Below, piece by piece: positions 58,420 to 64,000 of a DNA stretch of 64,000 nucleotides (its first letter is position 1; every line of letters starts with the position of its first letter). The DNA is from an uncultured Bacilli bacterium. GTDB lineage: Bacteria > Bacillota_I > Bacilli_A > RF39 > UBA660. The position numbers and the translations under genes were made by a program. The stretch covers positions 1,970 through 65,969 of the forward strand of contig CALVOV010000005.1 of assembly GCA_944350385.1 (NCBI GenBank). The letters run 5' to 3'. Under the pieces are notes generated by a model. The model searched no databases. It worked only from the letters and a program-made list of their open reading frames with translations, and was not told where the DNA came from.

Positions 58420-61400
58420 ATGATAGTAAGGTTAATTAAAAAAAGTAAAATTATAAATTTTAGTTTGCCTAATACTATTAAAGGAAATTATTGGATTACA
58501 GATACAGATTACTTAGGAAATACACGTAATTTAATAAATGTTGAAGAAGAAGACGGCAAATGGAAAATTAAGAGTGATTTTGAAACAAAAATTATGGCTG
58601 GGTCTAAAGAAATAGAATCAGCATATTTAAGTGATTATAGCATGTTTTTTTTGAAAATAAATACTGATAATGAATATGTAATATTATATTGTTCTCCAAA
58701 TGCTGATAAGGTAACAACAACTTTAATAGCAAGAGACAATACAGAATATATTATAGGTAATGATCCAAAAGCCAATATTATTTATCTCAATCCACTAGTA
58801 TCAATTCAGCATGCTAAACTATCATTGATTAATGGTATGTGGTCAATAACAGATTTAAGCAGTAAATATGGTACCTATGTTAACAATACAGCCATTACCC
58901 ATCAAGATTTAGAATATGGCGATATTATTTTCATTATGGGTCTTAGAATTATTATAATGCAAAATTCAATAGTTATAAACAACATAGGTAACTATGTTTC
59001 TTATGACCAAAATGTTTTTCAAAGAAAAATGCCAATTGTTCAAAAACAAACTGAGTTTGATAATCCTGATGAAGAAGCAATAGAATTTTTTAAAGAGGAC
59101 GATTATTTTTATCGTGCACCTAGATTCAAAACAATGATTGAGGATGTAGATATTACGATAGATCCACCTCCTGGCAAACAAGCACCTGATGAGACACCGG
59201 CAATTCTTTCTGTAGGACCAATGCTTACAATGGGAATGGTTTCAGGAACGACAGCATTTCAGTCACTAAATAATGTTTTAAATGGTACTATGGATCTTTC
59301 ACAAGCTGCACCGAGTTTAGTTATGTCTGGTGGAATGTTGGGTTCTTTAATTCTTTGGCCGATATTAAGTAAAAAATATCAAAATAGACAAAGAAAGAAA
59401 AAAGAAGCTTTGCGTCAAACAAAATATATGCAGTATATTGAAGAAAAAAGATTAAAAATTCAGTCTGAAATGAAGATTCAAAGACAAATTCTTATTGATA
59501 ATTATTTACCAATTTCTGCCATAAAAGAAATTTTATATCAGAAAAAAAGAAATTTATGGGAAAGAGAATTAGATCAAAATGATTTTTTAGATTTAAGATT
59601 AGGAATTGGCTCAACAAATTTAAGTGGAAAAATAAATTTTCCACAATCCCACTTTGCTGTTGAAACAGATAATTTATTAGAAGAAGTTTATAAATTAGGA
59701 GCCGAATCTACTATGTTAGAAAATGTTCCTATCTCTCTTTCATTTTTGAAAAATAGAATAACAGCAATCATTGGATCAGCAAATATTAAAAATCAATTCA
59801 TAGATGCTTTAATGCTTCAGATTTTAGTTTATCATAGTTATGAAGACTTAAAAATTGTAGTTTTAACAGATGAGAAAAATGCTACTCATTGGAAATATTT
59901 AAAGATAGCTCCTCATTGTTGGAACAATGAAAAAACAATGCGTTATTTTGCAACTAATTTAGATGAAGCAAAAGAACTATCTTTAGCTTTAGAAATAGAA
60001 GTACAAGCTAGAAAAAATAAAGAAAACAATGGTAAAGTAGAAAAAAATACGTTAGATTATCATCACTACAAACCATATTATATGATTATTACAGACAATT
60101 ATAAAATGTATAGAGACGTAGAATTAGTAAAAGATGTAGCTGAAATGGATATAAACTATGGTTTTAGTATGGTAGTAATTAGTCCTAGATTAATTAATAT
60201 ACCAAATGAATGTAAAACATTTATTAGTATCGGTGACAAAAAGTCAGGTATTTTTGAAAATGAATTAGTATCTAATAAGCAAAAAGAGTTTACTGCTGAC
60301 TATGATCCAACATTAAATATGTATGAGTGTTGTAAAATATTAGCTAATTTACCAATAGATATTGCCAAGGAAAATCAAAATTTACCAGCTAGTCTTTCAT
60401 TTCTAGAAATGTATAATGTTGGAATGGTTGAACAATTAAACATTTTAAATAGATGGAAGAACAATGATCCGACTAAGTCACTACAAGCTCCAGTAGGAAT
60501 AGATAGACAACATGAATTATTTAAATTGGATTTGCATGAAAAATTTCATGGACCACATGGATTAGTTGCTGGTATGACTGGTTCTGGAAAATCCGAATTT
60601 ATTATTACATATATATTATCTATGGCTATAAATTATCATCCATATGAAGTATCATTTGTACTAATTGATTATAAAGGTGGAGGTTTGGCAGGAGTTTTTC
60701 AAAATAAAGAAACCGGAATGAAATTACCTCATTTAGCAGGAACAATTACTAACCTAGATACTGTAGAAATGAATAGATCATTAGCATCTATCCAATCAGA
60801 ATTGCATAAACGTCAAAGAATATTTAATGAGGCTAGAGATAAATTAAATGAGAGTACTATTGATATATATAAATATCAGGGATTATATCGCAAAGGGTTA
60901 GTTTCGCAACCTGTATCTCATTTATTTATAATTTCTGATGAATTTGCTGAATTAAAAGCTCAAAGGCCTGAATTCATGGATCAATTAATCTCTACTGCTC
61001 GTATTGGACGTTCTCTAGGAGTGCACTTAATTTTAGCAACTCAAAAGCCTAGTGGAGTAGTTAATGATCAAATCTGGTCAAATACAAAGTTTAGAGTTTG
61101 TTTAAAAGTTCAAGATAAGTCAGATTCAATGGATATGATAAAAGTACCTGATGCAGCATCATTAAAAAATCCAGGAAGATTTTACTTACAAGTTGGTTAT
61201 AATGAATTATTTGCTATGGGTCAAGCAGCATGGGCAGGAGCACAATATTATCCAACTGATAAAAGAAAAAAGAAAGTAGATCAGTCTATTGACCTAATTG
61301 ATAATGTTGGAAATATTATTAAACAACTTGATACAAAGCAAAATGATATTGTTGTAGAATCAAAAGGAGAAGAAATAACTAATATAGTCAAATATATAGT

Positions 61401-63003
61401 TGATGAGGCAAAACAAGCTAATATATCAATAGATCAATTATGGCTTGATAGGATACCAGATGTAATAATAGTTGATGAATTGAAGAAAAAATATAGTTAT
61501 CATGCTAAGAAGAATGATATTAATCCAATAATTGGTGAATATGATGATCCAGATAATCAAAGACAAGCACTTCTAACATTACCTTTATCTCAAAGAGGAA
61601 ATACAATTATTTATGGTTCTGCAGGTAGTGGTAAAGAGTTAATGCTTACAAGTATTGTTTATTCATCAATTACAAATCATGATTCTGAGGAAGTAAATTT
61701 TTACATAATCGATTGTGGTGCAGAAACTTTAACAGTATTTAAAAATGCTCCACATGTTGGAGAAATATTATTATCAACAGAACAAGAAAAAATAGAAAAT
61801 TTATTTAAAATGGTTTTTGCACAATTGGAAAGTAGAAAAAAATTATTTGTAGATTATAATGGATCTTATAATTTCTATATTAGTCATGGCGGTAAATCAA
61901 TGCCACTAATAACAATTATCATTAATAATGCAGAAGCTTTCTTTGAAACATATCCAGATTATGAAGATGTTATTTCACAAATAACTAGAGATTGCTTAAA
62001 ATATGGAATTATCTTTGTTTTAAGTACTAATGGCTCTAACACATTAAGATATAAAGTCAGACAAAATTTCAGTCAAAGTATCGTTCTTCAATTTAATGAT
62101 CCTTCAGATTACATTTCCGTAATACCAGGAGTTAGAAAAAAGGAACCTTCAAAAATATTTGGTCGTGGCTTGATTTTATTAGATAGTATATATGAGTTTC
62201 AAACAGCTTATCCATATGAACAATCTTTAATGACAGATTATATAAAAATAGTTTGTAAAAAATTAAGAGATATTTGTACATATCAAGCAAAAAAGATTCC
62301 AGTATTGCCAGAAATCGTTTCTCTAGATACAGTTGAAGAAGAACTAGGAAAAACGTCAACTATACCAGTAGGAATAGAAAAAGAATCTTTATTAACTTCT
62401 AAGATTAATTTAAATGATAATATAATTTACAATATAACGGGTGATGATATTACATCAGATCCAGATTTCTTAGACGGAATTGTTAAGGCCATCAGTAGAA
62501 TAAATTTATCAAATATCTTTGTTATAGATACAATATCAGTATTAGAAAATTATAATTATAAAGAAGAAAATAATGTTCATCAAGCAGAAGATATCTCGGA
62601 AACATTAGAAGCTATGGCACAAACAATAAATGCAGAAATAGATAGTGGTACAACTAATTCAATAATTTGTCTATTAATTGGACCATTAAACTTTATGAAT
62701 AAAGCAACCCCAGAACTTAAAGAACAATTTAATTCAATAATTGAAGTAGCAAAACAAACAAATTATATAAAATTCATCTTTGTGGAAACAATCAATAATA
62801 TCAAGACTATTGCTTTTGAAAATTGGTATAAAGCCAATTGTGATTTATCAGAAGGAGTTTGGATTGGTAATGGTATAGGAAATCAATTTACTTTGAAAGT
62901 AACGACAGCAGCACGTTTATTAAGAGCTGAAATCGAACCAGGTTTTGGATATAATATTCATAAGGGAAAAGCTACTTTAATTAAATTACTTTCAGGAAAG
63001 TAG
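58420..63003 (+). CDS. essC: type VII secretion FtsK/SpoIIIE-family ATPase EssC/YukB-like
   Basis: 1527 aa. The N-terminal FHA-like region reads IIGNDPKANIIYLNPLVSIQHAKLSL...YGTYVNN. TM segments lie around residues 260-315. Three P-loop-type modules follow; the first has canonical Walker A GMTGSGKSE (60571-60597) and Walker B IISDEFAE (Asp-Glu at 60937-60942). Confidence 0.9.
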   Translation: MIVRLIKKSKIINFSLPNTIKGNYWITDTDYLGNTRNLINVEEEDGKWKIKSDFETKIMAGSKEIESAYLSDYSMFFLKINTDNEYVILYCSPNADKVTTTLIARDNTEYIIGNDPKANIIYLNPLVSIQHAKLSLINGMWSITDLSSKYGTYVNNTAITHQDLEYGDIIFIMGLRIIIMQNSIVINNIGNYVSYDQNVFQRKMPIVQKQTEFDNPDEEAIEFFKEDDYFYRAPRFKTMIEDVDITIDPPPGKQAPDETPAILSVGPMLTMGMVSGTTAFQSLNNVLNGTMDLSQAAPSLVMSGGMLGSLILWPILSKKYQNRQRKKKEALRQTKYMQYIEEKRLKIQSEMKIQRQILIDNYLPISAIKEILYQKKRNLWERELDQNDFLDLRLGIGSTNLSGKINFPQSHFAVETDNLLEEVYKLGAESTMLENVPISLSFLKNRITAIIGSANIKNQFIDALMLQILVYHSYEDLKIVVLTDEKNATHWKYLKIAPHCWNNEKTMRYFATNLDEAKELSLALEIEVQARKNKENNGKVEKNTLDYHHYKPYYMIITDNYKMYRDVELVKDVAEMDINYGFSMVVISPRLINIPNECKTFISIGDKKSGIFENELVSNKQKEFTADYDPTLNMYECCKILANLPIDIAKENQNLPASLSFLEMYNVGMVEQLNILNRWKNNDPTKSLQAPVGIDRQHELFKLDLHEKFHGPHGLVAGMTGSGKSEFIITYILSMAINYHPYEVSFVLIDYKGGGLAGVFQNKETGMKLPHLAGTITNLDTVEMNRSLASIQSELHKRQRIFNEARDKLNESTIDIYKYQGLYRKGLVSQPVSHLFIISDEFAELKAQRPEFMDQLISTARIGRSLGVHLILATQKPSGVVNDQIWSNTKFRVCLKVQDKSDSMDMIKVPDAASLKNPGRFYLQVGYNELFAMGQAAWAGAQYYPTDKRKKKVDQSIDLIDNVGNIIKQLDTKQNDIVVESKGEEITNIVKYIVDEAKQANISIDQLWLDRIPDVIIVDELKKKYSYHAKKNDINPIIGEYDDPDNQRQALLTLPLSQRGNTIIYGSAGSGKELMLTSIVYSSITNHDSEEVNFYIIDCGAETLTVFKNAPHVGEILLSTEQEKIENLFKMVFAQLESRKKLFVDYNGSYNFYISHGGKSMPLITIIINNAEAFFETYPDYEDVISQITRDCLKYGIIFVLSTNGSNTLRYKVRQNFSQSIVLQFNDPSDYISVIPGVRKKEPSKIFGRGLILLDSIYEFQTAYPYEQSLMTDYIKIVCKKLRDICTYQAKKIPVLPEIVSLDTVEEELGKTSTIPVGIEKESLLTSKINLNDNIIYNITGDDITSDPDFLDGIVKAISRINLSNIFVIDTISVLENYNYKEENNVHQAEDISETLEAMAQTINAEIDSGTTNSIICLLIGPLNFMNKATPELKEQFNSIIEVAKQTNYIKFIFVETINNIKTIAFENWYKANCDLSEGVWIGNGIGNQFTLKVTTAARLLRAEIEPGFGYNIHKGKATLIKLLSGK

Positions 63004-63005
63004 GG

Positions 63006-63266
63006 ATGAATATGAAAAATAAAATATTAGTAGAATTAGACATTCCTTTGATAGAAAAAAAATATGATTTATTTATTCCCATTAATAAAAAAATAGGTAC
63101 CATAAAAAAATTAATTGAACAAGAATTAGTAGAGCTAACAGAAGGTGCTTATATTATGAATGAAGATACTAATTTGTATAGTAAAGAAACAGGTATGATT
63201 TATGAAGTTAATATGACTATACGTGAAACAGATTTAAAAAATGGTTCAAGAATTATTCTTATATAG
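63006..63266 (+). CDS. esaB: YukD/EsaB-like ubiquitin-fold protein
   Basis: 86 aa, 2 nt after essC. The pattern KILVELDIP...KKYDLFIPINKKIGTIKKLI...TDLKNGSRIILI is typical of YukD-family beta-grasp proteins. Confidence 0.75.
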   Translation: MNMKNKILVELDIPLIEKKYDLFIPINKKIGTIKKLIEQELVELTEGAYIMNEDTNLYSKETGMIYEVNMTIRETDLKNGSRIILI

Positions 63267-63274
63267 GAGGAAAC

Positions 63275-63508
63275 ATGTCAGAATATAATAAATATGTTTT
63301 AGCAGTAAATAAAATATTTGAAGTATTGGGCAAAGTTAAACAAAATTATACAGATAAAGATAATTTGAATTATATTTCTAATATTGAAAGCTACAAGCAA
63401 GTTTTAGTGGCAACAGCAACTAAATTTTCTAATAAAAAAGATGAGTCTACAAGAATAACAGAACAACCAACTATGCAAAAACTAAGTAGTTTGGAGGAAG
63501 AAATATGA
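63275..63508 (+). CDS. small predicted-helical protein, T7SS-linked, no WXG motif
   Basis: 77 aa with an AGGAGG RBS. It is translationally coupled (ATGA overlap) to the next ORF. No recognisable family and no Trp. Confidence 0.5.
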   Translation: MSEYNKYVLAVNKIFEVLGKVKQNYTDKDNLNYISNIESYKQVLVATATKFSNKKDESTRITEQPTMQKLSSLEEEI

Positions 63509-63732
63509 TAGAAAATATAAGTTATGATGACATGATAAATTATTCTAAAGAACTAAAAGCCAGTGCTGATGTTATAGCAGAATTAATAAAAAATAAAGAG
63601 TTATCTGAAATACAAAATTTTGTTGATGAAGTATCTAATTATTCAAAATACCTAGAATCAATTGTCAAATTATATAAAGATGCTGATAATAATTTATTGG
63701 ATTTACGTTCACAAAAAGGAGCTTCCCATTAA
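63505..63732 (+). CDS. small predicted-helical protein, T7SS-linked, no WXG motif
   Basis: 75 aa. The N-terminal ISYDDMINYSKELKASADVIAELI resembles the first helix of WXG100/Esx proteins, but no W-x-G is present. The C-terminal part contains LYKDAD (YxxxD). Confidence 0.5.
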   Translation: MIENISYDDMINYSKELKASADVIAELIKNKELSEIQNFVDEVSNYSKYLESIVKLYKDADNNLLDLRSQKGASH

Positions 63733-64000
63733 GGAAGCTCTTTTATATATTTATTAATTTTAGTCTTGGGGAAATAATATTTTAAAATATTTGGATAATC
63801 AATACCATCTTTAGCAAGTTCATTAGATCCATATATACTTAATCCTAAAAAATTTCCAAATCCAAAAGTAATAATTCTAAGATAATTATTATAAAGTATT
63901 ATATTAAAGTTTAAAGATTTTAATGAAAGAATTCTTTTTAATTCTTCACCAGTAAAAATTTTATTATTTATTTTTACTTTTAAAATTTGGTTATTAGTAT
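63729..64000 (-). CDS. 3' end of a SpoIID/LytB-domain protein (5' part outside the window)
   Basis: The - strand frame is open from the window edge (63998) to TAA at 63731-63729. The translation ...FTGEELKRILSLKSLNFNIILYNNYLRIITFGFGNFLGLSIYGSNELAKDGIDYPNILKYYFPKTKI... follows the SpoIID C-terminal pattern (LrS..F.i, G.GHGvGmSQ.GA..mA..G..Y..IL..YY), with the GHGVGMSQ block degenerate. Confidence 0.55.
   Translation of the reverse strand, partial: TNNQILKVKINNKIFTGEELKRILSLKSLNFNIILYNNYLRIITFGFGNFLGLSIYGSNELAKDGIDYPNILKYYFPKTKINKYIKELP

Noticed and set aside
1-64000. Search for CRISPR arrays, tRNA/rRNA genes, transposases, integrases, prophage blocks and long direct or inverted repeats.
   Set aside because: I saw no regularly spaced repeats, no tRNA-like T-arm/acceptor patterns, no rRNA and no recombinase-like ORFs. 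The only duplications are tandem paralog pairs (YitT x2, kinases x2, EcfA-like x2, small proteins A/C) and the short hairpin units at 29154-29217.

Overview
AT-rich, low-GC Bacillota (Firmicutes) chromosomal segment. Almost every gene is on the + strand and most of it is core housekeeping. Order of content: a small SEC-C peptide gene; an S66 LD-carboxypeptidase; a MacB-type ABC exporter; a transglutaminase-like protein; a YjjX NTPase; prfB with its classical +1 frameshift; two YitT paralogs; ftsE-ftsX plus a coiled-coil M23 peptidase; tsaC (- strand); xth; two tandem orphan histidine kinases; uvrB and uvrA separated by a bPH protein and a radical-SAM/SPASM protein; lgt-yvcK-whiA; a TGS-uridine-kinase-like gene; gap-pgk-(3 inserted genes)-tpiA; spo0A; a DUF4143-type AAA ATPase; dinB; the complete S10-spc-alpha ribosomal cluster from rpsJ to rplQ, lacking rpmD and map; an SDR; two degenerate EcfA-like ATPases; truA; a three-gene insertion; rplM-rpsI; a compact type VII secretion-like locus (essC, yukD/esaB-like, two tiny helical proteins); and the 3' end of a convergent SpoIID-like gene. 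I saw no rRNA, tRNA, CRISPR array, transposase or integrase. Most interesting candidates: (1) the T7SSb-like locus, with no adjacent EssB, EsaA or WXG100 genes and only one canonical ATPase domain in EssC. (2) Two catalytically degenerate EcfA-like proteins with no EcfT, at the conserved ecfAAT position. (3) A truA-rplM insertion encoding two paralogous Ser/Thr-rich small proteins around a membrane protein. (4) A tandem kinase pair in which the second copy has Gln in place of the phospho-accepting His, about 17 kb from spo0A. (5) Three TCCACA-N5-TGTGGA palindromes, containing three perfect DnaA boxes between them. All family calls come from motif recognition by eye; no database search was run.
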